Shown: in pieces, positions 28,166 through 38,492 of the stretch | Position numbering within the stretch: position 1 is the stretch's first letter | Layout: each line of letters begins with the position of its first letter | Source: Candidatus Atabeyarchaeum deiterrae | GTDB lineage: Archaea > Asgardarchaeota > Atabeyarchaeia > Atabeyarchaeales > Atabeyarchaeaceae | Assembly: GCA_037310415.1 (NCBI GenBank) | Contig: CP147780.1 | Coordinates: 2,560,001 to 2,624,000, forward strand | Reading direction: 5' to 3' | DNA length: 64,000 nucleotides | Notes under the pieces: generated by a model | Databases searched by the model: none | What the model saw: only the letters and a program-made list of their open reading frames with translations | Told to the model about the DNA's origin: nothing | Translations under genes and position numbers: made by a program

Positions 28166-30208
28166 TCACGGATCTCTTCTCTCTTCTTTGAATGTCTCGT
28201 CCACCTTTGAGAAGAATTCCGCAAGTTCCTCTAACTCGCGTTTCTCGAGCGCAGCCCTAGTCAAGTCATCGACCATTTCATCGAGTTGATCAATCAGCCG
28301 GATTGCTAGACCACTGTTCCTTTCTCTTATGACTTCGCCTGTTCTACGTCGCAGGCGCACTCTTCCATCCACGTCAGCCTTGAATTTGAGGGATCCGCTT
28401 CTAAGTACTGCCTTGACTCTGGGCTTCACGAGCAGCAGGAGTCTTGGAGTTCGTATTTCCTTCTTCCTTCGCGTGATTCTTACAGTCGTGCCGTTGTCTC
28501 TGAGGCTCATCAAGTTTCCTTTGACATGAAGGTTCGTAGTTCCTTTGTGAAAGAGAATTTCCTCCTTTAGAGTCGCTATGTCAACATCTTTTCCACTTCG
28601 GTCCGAAATGGCGACTATAACTTTGCTGGGTTTGGTTATTGCATCCGGAATTGTTTCATCAACAGCTAAGAACGGACCGAATTTAACCACTGATTTGCCA
28701 GCGCTATCCCACACCTTGATGGGTCCAACTCTAACAAAGTCGCCCTCGGCATCACTGATGACGTCTATGAACGGAAGGTGTACTCTTTCATATCCTGGCC
28801 CTTCATCGACGCTGATACCTGGAACGTGAACGTGACCAAACTTCCCCGTTCTTTTTGCACCTGAGAACTGTGCTCGTTCCGCGAAGGACTTGAACTCGCC
28901 AAGTTCCTTCTCTGCTAGTTTCATGAGATCCTCAGATTCCTGGAAGCCTGCTTGCTTGATGTCTTCAGGGTATGCTTGCAGCCACTTCTGTTTGGCTTTC
29001 ATGCTCTGCCAGACTTTCGGATTAGTGAAAACGGTTGCGTTGCCATCAAATCGGTCAGCGAACTCCTTCACGTTTGCATTGACAGAGTACGCTCCTGAGC
29101 CAACGTAGATAGCACCGACCTCATTGTCCTCCAGCATCAATGGTATTGCAAGGGTTTCAGGCTTGCCGACCACTGAGACTCTCTCAGTATTAACTACCTG
29201 TCCGCCAAGTGGGAGGATGTATACTTTGTCGGATAGCTTCAGCCCTTTCAGCTCTTCCGTGAGGATTCTCGCCGATTCGCGGATAGGTTTCGAGAATCTC
29301 TCCCACCACCAAGTTCTCCTGATTTCATTCTCCTTTGCCTTCAAATCAGCCGATTTGCTTGTCGTAAGTGCTATCCCAGCAACTAGCCAACCTATGAAGA
29401 AAAAGAAGAGTGTTCGCTCTAGATCAGAGAGACTTGAGTACAAAAGGAACCCAATCCAACGGAAAATGAATGTGAGTATTATGGCGCCAAGGCATCCCCA
29501 CGCGATCGAATAAGAAGCTCTTTCGGCAGCAACCCAGCTAATTGGAAAAGAGGCACTTTGAACCACACTGCCAAGGATATAGACTCCAATGCCGAACGGA
29601 AGAAGATAGTCGCTGAAGACGTTCGGAGCCAGGCCTATTGGAGAAAGGAGCCCTTCTGTGCCTGATAACCAAAGCACCACGACTATGAAAGCGATGCCAT
29701 GAAGGAAACCGCCTATCCTATCCGAGAGCCGCGAGTATTTATCGGAAATGCTTCCCCCAAAGAAGATTGCAGCGGTTAGTGTCAGAATGAACGTGATGGA
29801 GAATATGCTCAGGTAAGTGAACCAAGGAGTTGCCACCAACAACCGGGAGGGAAGGAAGATCCACATCGCCAAGATGAGTTCAATTGAAACATTGGCAATC
29901 TTGCCAAAGATTAGTCTGGCTGCCCTAGTATCCAGCACACCATTTACGTACCCAACAATCACGGAAGCCATGAAGATGGGCTGCACGTAATCACCAAGGA
30001 AGTCGAAGGGCCATCTCCAAACGCTGAGAACCCAGAATGACAAGAAGATTACAAACATTACCCCTGACGCTTTCCTAACTCGGAACTTCAAACTATCTTG
30101 CTCACTCTCATGCCACTCGTAACCACCTCGAGCATGTGATCCGAGAGATTGAGCTTCTGAACGAACTCCATATCCATTCTCATCTTCTGCCATTTTCTGT
30201 CTCACCAC
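28166..30208 (-). CDS. Hypothetical multi-pass membrane protein with large beta-rich soluble C-terminal region
   Basis: ~8 TM helices (aa 45-280), then short beta-repeats (HVHVPGISVDE/RVHLPFIDV/VRVGPIKV/VKFGPF); overlaps the ArsR gene stop. Confidence 0.75.
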   Translation of the reverse strand: MVRQKMAEDENGYGVRSEAQSLGSHARGGYEWHESEQDSLKFRVRKASGVMFVIFLSFWVLSVWRWPFDFLGDYVQPIFMASVIVGYVNGVLDTRAARLIFGKIANVSIELILAMWIFLPSRLLVATPWFTYLSIFSITFILTLTAAIFFGGSISDKYSRLSDRIGGFLHGIAFIVVVLWLSGTEGLLSPIGLAPNVFSDYLLPFGIGVYILGSVVQSASFPISWVAAERASYSIAWGCLGAIILTFIFRWIGFLLYSSLSDLERTLFFFFIGWLVAGIALTTSKSADLKAKENEIRRTWWWERFSKPIRESARILTEELKGLKLSDKVYILPLGGQVVNTERVSVVGKPETLAIPLMLEDNEVGAIYVGSGAYSVNANVKEFADRFDGNATVFTNPKVWQSMKAKQKWLQAYPEDIKQAGFQESEDLMKLAEKELGEFKSFAERAQFSGAKRTGKFGHVHVPGISVDEGPGYERVHLPFIDVISDAEGDFVRVGPIKVWDSAGKSVVKFGPFLAVDETIPDAITKPSKVIVAISDRSGKDVDIATLKEEILFHKGTTNLHVKGNLMSLRDNGTTVRITRRKKEIRTPRLLLLVKPRVKAVLRSGSLKFKADVDGRVRLRRRTGEVIRERNSGLAIRLIDQLDEMVDDLTRAALEKRELEELAEFFSKVDETFKEERRDP

Positions 30209-30732
30209 TCTCTGCCCGCAACTTTTCTGAGTAGATAACCTACAAGACTGAGGGTAACACGACCCTTGAGCGTAGAAATGTATCTACCTCTCAACTGCTC
30301 TTGATCGACAAGTCCAGCTTCCTTCAGCTGCGTTAAATGGAAATTCAAAGGACTAGGACCTAGACCTGCGAGTTCCTGAAGCTGTGAGAAGTATTTTCCC
30401 TCAAGAAACAGAAACTTAAGTATTCTTATTCGATCAGCACTAGCTAACACCTTGAGGAGCACCTCTGCCTCCTCAGGCTCTATTACTTCAGCAAGCCTCG
30501 ACATCTCAAATGTCTTAGCACCGATTTCGATGATGCCCTCTTTCACGATGCCCTTGACCTCATCCATTAACACCTTTTCAATGCCGGGGGGACCAGTAGC
30601 ACGTCCTCTCGGTTCGGCTACATTTTGCTCCGGCGGTGTGACCTGCTCACCTTGACTTTGCCCTAACTTGCGTTTGAGTTCCGAGACTTCTTTCCTGAGC
30701 GCTTCGAATTGTTTTGAGAGTTCCTCCAACAC
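30202..30732 (-). CDS. ArsR-family winged-helix transcriptional regulator with N-terminal coiled coil
   Basis: LKVLASADRIRILKFL...FSQLQELAGLGPSPLNFHLTQLKEAGLV...GRY; GGGAGG RBS. Confidence 0.88.
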   Translation of the reverse strand: MLEELSKQFEALRKEVSELKRKLGQSQGEQVTPPEQNVAEPRGRATGPPGIEKVLMDEVKGIVKEGIIEIGAKTFEMSRLAEVIEPEEAEVLLKVLASADRIRILKFLFLEGKYFSQLQELAGLGPSPLNFHLTQLKEAGLVDQEQLRGRYISTLKGRVTLSLVGYLLRKVAGREW

Positions 30733-30783
30733 TTTGGCCTCCCTTTTGGTCTTTCCCCATCATGATGGATTACCTTCTGATTA

Positions 30784-30827
30784 GGGACTTCAACTTCCCA
30801 AGTTACCTTGGGAGTTGCGAAAGTCCC
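30784..30827. repeat. Long imperfect inverted repeat/hairpin upstream of the ArsR gene
   Basis: GGGACTT-CAACTTCCCAAG-TTAC-CTTGGGAGTTG-CGA-AAGTCCC. Confidence 0.7.
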
Positions 30828-31177
30828 GTCCAGCACAGCCAGGTATCTCTTTCATGGATTTTTGATCGGCTGTCGCCCGATTCATCCATTATTTCTTGTT
30901 TGGATACTTTTCCAGACATTTCTTGCATCCTCCATTGTGTTGGTTTTATACTTCACTAAACTGTAGTAGTATGGTTTGTGCTTATAAAGATTTCCATTTT
31001 ATTGGATTTGAAACCTACTTCAATGAATATAACTTCACAATAATGCACTTGTATCCATGGTGGAATAGCAAAAACAGTCGTCGGAAAACTGCTGAATCGA
31101 TACGTCCAGAGGAAAGCACTTGAAATCTGGGTCAGAATCGAGCATGATGCTGAAGGTTCGGATGGAGATTTGTTGGT

Positions 31178-32071
31178 TCAGGCGGATTTCAATGCCGCAG
31201 GGTATTTCTCGCGGATGACCTTGAGTGACTGCAGTGCTTGTGGCAAGGTTAGTTCGAATACTATTGGATGAGAGTATTCGTGATGCTTCAGGAAGTCGAG
31301 GAAATCAGTTATAGGTAGCTTTCCTTCGCCAAGTGGTAGGTGGTCTCTCTGAATTCTGACGCCCCTTTCTTTGTCTATCCGGTATCCATCGTGGAAGTGG
31401 ATGTCGATAATCCTGTCGAAGAATTCCTCAAGGAATCCCATGACTGTATAGTTGCCCGGGTAGCCTGCGAGTATGTGTCCAGTATCACAGCAGACTGATA
31501 CATCGTATTTGTCAATGAGCCTTTTCATATAGTTGAAAGGGAATTCAACAGTTTCTACGGCCAACTTCTTTGGTTTGAGGTTTGTTGATGAGATCAATTC
31601 CTTGATGCTCTGCTCCGTTAGCCCAGTCATTTGGCTTGCGATGAAGTCCTTGTAGATTTCACCGATCTCCAGTCGGGAGAATTCTGCTGCCAAGGCCCCT
31701 GTGGCGTGGACGACGTATGCTTCTGGCTGAAGTGGCTCACAAAGTTTCACCGCGTCGGATAGAACCTCGACTGATGCCTTGCGTATGAATTCATTGGGCG
31801 AAGCTGGCTCGACCGACCACAATGGTAAGTGGACTGTGTAGGAGATACCTTCACTCTTCTTGATCTTAACCAGCTCTTCAACTGCTTTCGCATTGATTGA
31901 ACCTGGTATCACGTATCCCAAGTCAAGACCCAACTCGATCACGCGGAATCCTTCCTTGATGCATCGCTTAACTATGGAAGGTGCGCTCAGACGGCTTAGA
32001 TCGAATGTTCCGTTTTCCGAGACCAAGCTGCTGATTGTAGTGAGTTCGAAAGGCTGGATCCCAAACCTCAA
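31178..32071 (-). CDS. AP endonuclease 2 TIM-barrel metalloenzyme (sugar epimerase or CbiR-like phosphodiesterase)
   Basis: TVHLP, VVHAT, VETVEFP, DTGH, HFHDG, DHLPLGEG, VFEL. Confidence 0.8.
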   Translation of the reverse strand: MRFGIQPFELTTISSLVSENGTFDLSRLSAPSIVKRCIKEGFRVIELGLDLGYVIPGSINAKAVEELVKIKKSEGISYTVHLPLWSVEPASPNEFIRKASVEVLSDAVKLCEPLQPEAYVVHATGALAAEFSRLEIGEIYKDFIASQMTGLTEQSIKELISSTNLKPKKLAVETVEFPFNYMKRLIDKYDVSVCCDTGHILAGYPGNYTVMGFLEEFFDRIIDIHFHDGYRIDKERGVRIQRDHLPLGEGKLPITDFLDFLKHHEYSHPIVFELTLPQALQSLKVIREKYPAALKSA

Positions 32072-32077
32072 CTTTTT

Positions 32078-33799
32078 CTACCTTCTATTTTCACGAAGTT
32101 TTTGAGTTAGATTCCAATCTATGCTCTTTCTCTTAATATCTATTGCGACACAATATTCTCTCTCAGCCGCCTCCGCAGAAACGAAACCATTTAACACATC
32201 TCTGAGAACGTTTTCTGGATCTCTCTCCTGCGGGCTTCCGTATCCTCCGCCGCCTGGTGTTCTGACTATAAGAGTGTCGCCTCCGTTCATTTTGAAGCTG
32301 CTCTTAGAGCCAATTTTTCTCTGGGTGCCGTCGGAGCGTAGGAGGAAATACGCTCCTCTTGCTGCTTCTCTTCCACCATTCAACCCCCATGGTGCTATCT
32401 TGTTTCTCTCAGCCAAGATCGATACGGTTGCACTGTCTGCCAATAGCGTCCAGCTCCGTTCTATGCCTACTCCTCCTCTCCATCTCCCAGGCCCTCCCGA
32501 GTCTGCTCTCAACTCATACTTGACGACTCTGATCGGGTAAGATGACTCAATTACCTCGATTGGTGTATTCATTGTGTTTGTCATATGAACGTGCACGCCA
32601 TCGGCGCCGTCGACTCCTAAGGAAGCGCCCATTCCACCTCCTATGGTTTCGTAGAACGACCAGCGACCCTGATTCGATTCCTCTCCTCCCACGGTCACGT
32701 TGTTCATGGTTCCTTGGGCGGCTGCGCACACCTTCTGAGGTATCATTTGTGCGAATGCTTTGAGAAGTGTGTCAACGTTTCTCTGCGAGGTTTCCACGTT
32801 GCCACCCGCGACTGGGGCCGGAAATACGGGGTTCAGTATGGAACCTTCAGGGACGTGGGTTTCTATTGGTCTGCTGAAACCGTCGTTAGTAGGGATGGTT
32901 GGATCGGTTACGCATTTGACTGTGTAGTACACGCCAGCCAAGGTTACGCCAAGTGGCGCGTTTAGTGGTGCTCTGACTTGTTTGTCAGTACCTGAGTAAT
33001 CTAAGGTGATTCTTTCTCCACTCTTCTTAATTTTCACTTTTATCTTGACGGGTCTTTCACTTAAGCCAGTATCTTCGAGGTAGTCTTCCGCCTCACACTC
33101 TCCATCTGGCATTCTCGCGAATTCTTTCCGGAGTCTGGTTTCGGAGATGGTCATCACTCTGTCTACAGCTTCCTCAACGAGATTCGAGCCGTACCTTTCA
33201 AACACTTCAATCACTCTGCGTTCACCGATTGTGGTGGCGGCCATCTGTGCCTTCAAGTCTCCCATGGTTGTCTTTGGAGTTCTTACGTTGCTTGTTATCC
33301 AGTTCATAACCTTCTGGACTATTCTTCCTGCTTCGACAATTTTAGTAGGTGGGATTATGAGCCCTTCTTGGCTTAGTTCGGTTGAGTCGCTTGGCATGCT
33401 ACCTGGAGTTTTGCCGCCGATGTCTGAGTGATGCGCCTTGTTAGCCACGTAGCCTAACAGTCTTTTCTTCCAGAAAACTGGTTTGATTAGCATTAGGTCC
33501 GGAAGGTGCGTTCCAGCTACTGACGGATCGTTTACAAGGATTATGTCGCCTGCTTCTAGGGAATCCGTATAGGCTGTGAGAGTGTTTTTCACTCCGAAAG
33601 GAAGTGAACCTAGGTGAACCGGAATATGTTCTGCTTGCGCTACTAGCCTTCTCTTAGAGTCGAAAATTGAGCATGAGTGATCCATTCTCTCTTTTATATT
33701 GGGGGAGTAGGCACTATTCCTCAGAGCGACACCCATTTCTTCACTAGCATAGACTAGTGCCCCCCCAATCAATTCGGTTGTAATTGGGTCAATCTGCAT
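32078..33799 (-). CDS. hyuB: Hydantoinase B / 5-oxoprolinase family subunit
   Basis: AYSPNIKERMDHSC, HIPVHLGS, GTHLPD, HHSDIGG, YETIGGG, HMTNTMNTP, TPGGGGYG. Confidence 0.93.
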   Translation of the reverse strand: MQIDPITTELIGGALVYASEEMGVALRNSAYSPNIKERMDHSCSIFDSKRRLVAQAEHIPVHLGSLPFGVKNTLTAYTDSLEAGDIILVNDPSVAGTHLPDLMLIKPVFWKKRLLGYVANKAHHSDIGGKTPGSMPSDSTELSQEGLIIPPTKIVEAGRIVQKVMNWITSNVRTPKTTMGDLKAQMAATTIGERRVIEVFERYGSNLVEEAVDRVMTISETRLRKEFARMPDGECEAEDYLEDTGLSERPVKIKVKIKKSGERITLDYSGTDKQVRAPLNAPLGVTLAGVYYTVKCVTDPTIPTNDGFSRPIETHVPEGSILNPVFPAPVAGGNVETSQRNVDTLLKAFAQMIPQKVCAAAQGTMNNVTVGGEESNQGRWSFYETIGGGMGASLGVDGADGVHVHMTNTMNTPIEVIESSYPIRVVKYELRADSGGPGRWRGGVGIERSWTLLADSATVSILAERNKIAPWGLNGGREAARGAYFLLRSDGTQRKIGSKSSFKMNGGDTLIVRTPGGGGYGSPQERDPENVLRDVLNGFVSAEAAEREYCVAIDIKRKSIDWNLTQKLRENRR

Positions 33800-33827
33800 G
33801 GCGTGGCATCTACCTCACTCGGTTCGC

Positions 33828-35924
33828 TTACTTCTGACATTTCAGTCTCAAGTTATGATATTCGTCGACGTTGCATGTCCAATCCGGAAAGACCAGAGTT
33901 GTTGAGTCATATTGCTCAACTACTGCAGGACCATCCAAGGTGTCCCCCGAGCATAGCTTGTCCCGGTTGTATATTGGGCACTTGTTTGAATTCCCTTCGT
34001 TGAAGTGGACAGATCTCATTGAGGTTTTAGCTTCTTGTGGATTCTTTCTGCGGCCTTGCCGATTCTTCTGGAAGATGGGTTTAACCGTGATTCCTCTTGC
34101 TGTCACCTTTGCATTGACAGCTTCCACTTCGTCTTCGGAGTAATATCCGTATGTTCCTTGATGTTTCTCGTGGAATCTCTTCACAACTTCTTTCAGTGAG
34201 CCCTTGTTGAAAGGTCTCATTGCCCGTACCGAGAGTTCATACGCTTGTCCGCGGTATCTCATGTCTAGCTGTCTCTCAAATGCGATTTGTCCATCATTCA
34301 CCTGTTCTCTGAGTAGTAGATCTCTTGTCTCCGTCTCCATCTCAGCAAAGAGCATTTCGATTTCATCTGCATTGATCTCGCTCGCAACCTTGAATATTGG
34401 TCTGGAGTCATGGTGCACATAATCAGCAGTTATTAATCCAAGAGCCGAGAACAGACCAGGATTCAACGGCACTATGATTTGACTAATACAAAGTTCATGA
34501 GCTAGTAGACATGCATGCATGGGTCCTGCTCCGCCGAAGGCTATAAGAGTGAAGTTGCGAGGATCGACCCCCCTTTCGACAGAAACTATCCTCACAATCT
34601 TGTTGATCTCTGAGACTGCTATCTTAATGGTCCCCGCCGCAGCCTCAATCAGATCTAGTCCGGTTTTCTCACAGATCTCTTCTCTGACTGATTTCTCAGC
34701 TAGGTTAGCATAGATTCTTAGCCTGCCTCCGAGGAGGTACTTTGGGTTTAATCGTCCTAGGACCACATTCGCATCGGTTATAGTTGGTTTTTCTCCCCCT
34801 TTTCCATAGCAGGCAGGTCCCGGGTCGGCCCCTGCGCTCATTGGACCAAGTCGTACTCCTCCACCATCATCAACCCAAGCTATGGTTCCTCCTCCAGCGC
34901 CACATTCTACAACGTCGATAAATGGGAACCTAATAGGGTAACCTGAACCTCTGATGATTCTCCCACTGTGAACCTTTCCTCCGACTTCATACTCTGATGT
35001 CACCTCTGGCAAACCATCTTTTACGATTCCAGCTTTTGCCGTTGTCCCTCCCATGTCGAAGCTGATCATATTTCTCAGGTTAAGCAACTTGCTGTAAAAG
35101 GATGTTGACATCACGCCTGCGGCTGGACCTGACTCGATTATTGTTACCGGTTTTTCCGTGATGACCTCGTTTGATGCGATGCCACCATTGCTTTGCATTA
35201 TCGTAAAGGTTGACTCGATCTTGAGCTCCTCTTTCAATCGCTTGCTTAGTTCCCCAACATAGTCTGAGATGATTGGCATTAGGCAAGCGTTCACTGCCGC
35301 TGTGCTTATTCGCTCATATTCTCTATATTCTCGTGCAACCCGGTGTGAGAGAGTAATGTGAAGATCTGGACAAGCCTCTCTCAATTGCCTCTCGATTTTC
35401 AACTCGTGGCTCGGCTGTATGTAGGAGTTAATAAATCCGATCGCAACAGATTTTACGTCTTCGGCTTTCAGAGTTTCGCCGATCCTTGTAGCCTCTTCTT
35501 CGTCTAAGGGCTCTATTTCTTTTCCACTCGCAGTTATTCTCTCTCTTACTTCATATCTGTGCATTCTAGCTATCAGAGTCCGAGGTTTGTGAAAGGAAAG
35601 ATTGTAGAGTTCGGGTCTCTTTTGTCTTCCAATTTCGATTACATCTCTGAAACCCTTTGTTGTGATTAGAGCTGTCTTTGGGAGTTCTAGTCCGAGTTGA
35701 CCTAAGAGTGAGTTGACGGCAATTGTTGTTGCATGGGTCACTGATGCTATTTCTTCGGTTCTTGCGCCTTGAAGGAATTCTCGTAAGGCTGTAATCACAG
35801 CTTCTGATGGTTGCCTTGGTGTTGAGGGGATCTTGATGTTGGTCAGTGTTCCTGTCTCCTCGTCTAGGGCCAATAGGTCGGTAAATGTTCCACCGATGTC
35901 TATACTGACCCTGTACCTGGGCAA
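33828..35924 (-). CDS. hyuA: Hydantoinase A / 5-oxoprolinase family subunit (ATP-binding)
   Basis: IDIGGTFTD, SGPAAG, FDMGGTT, GAGGG, SAGADPGPACYG, FGGAGPMH. Confidence 0.95.
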   Translation of the reverse strand: MPRYRVSIDIGGTFTDLLALDEETGTLTNIKIPSTPRQPSEAVITALREFLQGARTEEIASVTHATTIAVNSLLGQLGLELPKTALITTKGFRDVIEIGRQKRPELYNLSFHKPRTLIARMHRYEVRERITASGKEIEPLDEEEATRIGETLKAEDVKSVAIGFINSYIQPSHELKIERQLREACPDLHITLSHRVAREYREYERISTAAVNACLMPIISDYVGELSKRLKEELKIESTFTIMQSNGGIASNEVITEKPVTIIESGPAAGVMSTSFYSKLLNLRNMISFDMGGTTAKAGIVKDGLPEVTSEYEVGGKVHSGRIIRGSGYPIRFPFIDVVECGAGGGTIAWVDDGGGVRLGPMSAGADPGPACYGKGGEKPTITDANVVLGRLNPKYLLGGRLRIYANLAEKSVREEICEKTGLDLIEAAAGTIKIAVSEINKIVRIVSVERGVDPRNFTLIAFGGAGPMHACLLAHELCISQIIVPLNPGLFSALGLITADYVHHDSRPIFKVASEINADEIEMLFAEMETETRDLLLREQVNDGQIAFERQLDMRYRGQAYELSVRAMRPFNKGSLKEVVKRFHEKHQGTYGYYSEDEVEAVNAKVTARGITVKPIFQKNRQGRRKNPQEAKTSMRSVHFNEGNSNKCPIYNRDKLCSGDTLDGPAVVEQYDSTTLVFPDWTCNVDEYHNLRLKCQK

Positions 35925-36147
35925 TCCCGTTCACCTTTGAGATTTTTCCGTCGCACTATTCTTGGATAATGAAATGGAAGTAATCTTTACCCTAATAAAC
36001 AAGTTGAGATTGCTTACATCTGCATTTTTGCAAGACCAAGAGCGAATACTTGTTTTGACTAGGATCGTCTTCCAGGTTTCACAAATCTTTATAACGTATG
36101 AGAGACTAACAATGACAAAAATCTGACCTCGACTGGAGGAGCACATT

Positions 36148-36987
36148 TTGTGTAAATTCTGTGTCAAACACGGTGCAGGAAAGAAATGGTATGAGAACGT
36201 GCGAAATTACTCCAGAGATTTGTACGACGAGATCAACGCCCATCAGTGGACTGTGGATCATTGGCGAGTGAATGATAAGACGTATTCTGACGGCGTCACT
36301 GGGTTATATGATTTGGTGAAAGATCCGGTGAAAGGTGCGCCGATCAGGAAGACATGGAATGACATACTTCACAAGGATACTCCTCCGCAGAAATGGCCCG
36401 AGGGACACATGTGCCAAGTAGTGACCTTGGATGAAGCCAAGCAGATGGTGAAGATAGCCGGACCCGTGGTAAAGTTCCAGTGCATCTGCAGGAAATTCAT
36501 AAGAAATGTAACAGAGAAGGTTTGCATAGCCTTCTTGAAGCATGCCGAGGTTGCAGAGATGTTCCCTGATCACGTTTACAAGGGCGTCGATAGACTATCC
36601 TCCGAAGAAGCTGGCTCGTTCCTGGAAGAAGTAGATGAACGCGGTTTCGTGCACACGGCATCGGCAGTACCCATGCCATACGTCGGTGCTGTCTGCAACT
36701 GCCATTACCCGGAATGTGGCATACTTAGACCCAGGATGGATCTTGGTATTGATTCTTGTCTCAAGGGACATTTTGTCGCATCTGTGGACGTTGACAAGTG
36801 CTCGGGCTGCAAGACCTGTCTTGCTAGATGCCAGTTCGGCGCTATGCAATTCTCACATATCTTGGGACGCGCCCAAGTGTTCCAGTTTCGATGTTTTGGG
36901 TGTGGGCTCTGCGCTACAACGTGCCCAGAACATGCTATCGATATGATACCTAAGGAGAAGATTCCAACTCTCAAAGAGGTGTGGTAA
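36148..36987 (+). CDS. Multi-cysteine 4Fe-4S dicluster protein
   Basis: CKFC, CICRK, CNCHYPEC plus two ferredoxin motifs, CSGCKTCLARC and CFGCGLCATTCP. Confidence 0.85.
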   Translation: MCKFCVKHGAGKKWYENVRNYSRDLYDEINAHQWTVDHWRVNDKTYSDGVTGLYDLVKDPVKGAPIRKTWNDILHKDTPPQKWPEGHMCQVVTLDEAKQMVKIAGPVVKFQCICRKFIRNVTEKVCIAFLKHAEVAEMFPDHVYKGVDRLSSEEAGSFLEEVDERGFVHTASAVPMPYVGAVCNCHYPECGILRPRMDLGIDSCLKGHFVASVDVDKCSGCKTCLARCQFGAMQFSHILGRAQVFQFRCFGCGLCATTCPEHAIDMIPKEKIPTLKEVW

Positions 36988-36991
36988 ACAG

Positions 36992-37225
36992 ATGCCTGGA
37001 GTTAAGATAAAGTGGCTTCGAGAAAAATGTGGCAGACCGCAGGATTGTGGTAAGTGCATGCAGATTTGTCCGCATGCTGTATTTACGATGATTGCAGTGG
37101 ACCGGCAGCCAGGAAAACTGACTGAGAAATATGACTTGCTTCCATCCCTTGAGAGTTTTTGTACGATGTGCAATCTCTGCGTTCAGGACTGCCCGAAGAA
37201 AGCCTTGGAGATCAAGGCGAGATAG
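36992..37225 (+). CDS. Small 4Fe-4S ferredoxin
   Basis: CGRPQDCGKCMQICP and CTMCNLCVQDCP. Confidence 0.88.
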   Translation: MPGVKIKWLREKCGRPQDCGKCMQICPHAVFTMIAVDRQPGKLTEKYDLLPSLESFCTMCNLCVQDCPKKALEIKAR

Positions 37226-37292
37226 TCCCCTCTGGTGCATGCCTATCTTCGTGTCCCCTTTTGCAGATGGGGGTTACAAGATAGAGTCGCTT

Positions 37293-38489
37293 CTACTCGT
37301 CTACCTCTTTTACTGGGAGCCCCATCGACTTTGCTACCAGAGTCACCAAGTCATAAACCGGCAACGTGTTTCCTTCTAGTCGCCCTGCAGCGTATCTTAG
37401 GTTCGTCTCACAGAGTGGACATGCGGAGACTATTGAAGTTGCACCAGTCTGCTTCGCTTCATCGATTCTTCTAAGTGCTATTCCTATCGCTTCTTCCGGT
37501 TTCACGGTGAAAAATCCGCCGCCGCCTCCACAGCAGTTCGAGTTTCTTCTGTTGTACTGCATCTCACTCAATGAGACTCCAGGTATTTTTGACAGAACAC
37601 GTCTTGGTTGTTCAAAGACTTCGCCATGTCTACCCAGATGACACGGGTCATGGTAGGTAACTTTCATGGATAGATTCTTTGCCAGATTGAGTTTTCCGTC
37701 GCTGAGTAACTTGTCCAGAACTTCGGTTATGTGCAAGACTTCTACATTGAATCCGCTGATCGTTTGTGGGTAGCTGTTCTTCAGCATAGTATAGCAGCCG
37801 GCGCACCCTGTGATTACTCTCTTCACGCCTGCGTCCTTAAGGATCTGAGAATTATGTTTGGCGAATTCCTCGTAAGCTATTTGGTTTCCGTCCCAGTAAG
37901 GGTGGTTGCCACAACACCATTCATCTTTCAGGACGGTGAAGTCGTAGCCAGTCTTGCCAAGGATTCTGACAATTGCTTCAGCAATATGGGGGTGTCGATA
38001 TGACGACACACATCCAGCAAAGTAGACGTTCTCACTTTTGCCTCTAAGTTGCACATCCTTAGGTAGCCACTTGAATCTCTCGGAGTGAGGTTCGCCATAT
38101 GGGTTCTTGGATTGCTGCAATGTGAGGTCCATCTTTTTGTGCTCAGGCAGTGGCGCTTTTCCTGCTTTGACGAGTTCAGTTCGTGCCGTCCGTATTATTT
38201 CTGAAGGGTCAATGAATCCCGTTGGGCATATTTCAGAACAGAGTTTGCAGGAAGTGCAAGCGTAAAGTCTCTTGACGGCGCCATCCGTCATCGGGTGCCA
38301 ATCTTTGAGTTGACCCTTTATCAGAAGCAGTTTGCCTCTAGGTGATACTGACTCCCAGCCTTCTTCCTTGAAGACTGGGCATCTTTCGACGCAGTCAGCG
38401 CACCAATTACACAACATTATTGTCGGTCTATATTCCGCAACGGACTTGCGTATGACCTTCGAAGGTTTGATGACAGCATTGCTTGCCAT
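37293..38489 (-). CDS. (Fe-S)-binding CCG-domain oxidoreductase (GlcF/HdrD-like)
   Basis: Two ferredoxin motifs, SPRGK, FAGC, WCCG, YHDPCHLGR, CCGGGGG, SACPLC. Confidence 0.92.
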   Translation of the reverse strand: MASNAVIKPSKVIRKSVAEYRPTIMLCNWCADCVERCPVFKEEGWESVSPRGKLLLIKGQLKDWHPMTDGAVKRLYACTSCKLCSEICPTGFIDPSEIIRTARTELVKAGKAPLPEHKKMDLTLQQSKNPYGEPHSERFKWLPKDVQLRGKSENVYFAGCVSSYRHPHIAEAIVRILGKTGYDFTVLKDEWCCGNHPYWDGNQIAYEEFAKHNSQILKDAGVKRVITGCAGCYTMLKNSYPQTISGFNVEVLHITEVLDKLLSDGKLNLAKNLSMKVTYHDPCHLGRHGEVFEQPRRVLSKIPGVSLSEMQYNRRNSNCCGGGGGFFTVKPEEAIGIALRRIDEAKQTGATSIVSACPLCETNLRYAAGRLEGNTLPVYDLVTLVAKSMGLPVKEVDE

Positions 38490-38492
38490 AAT

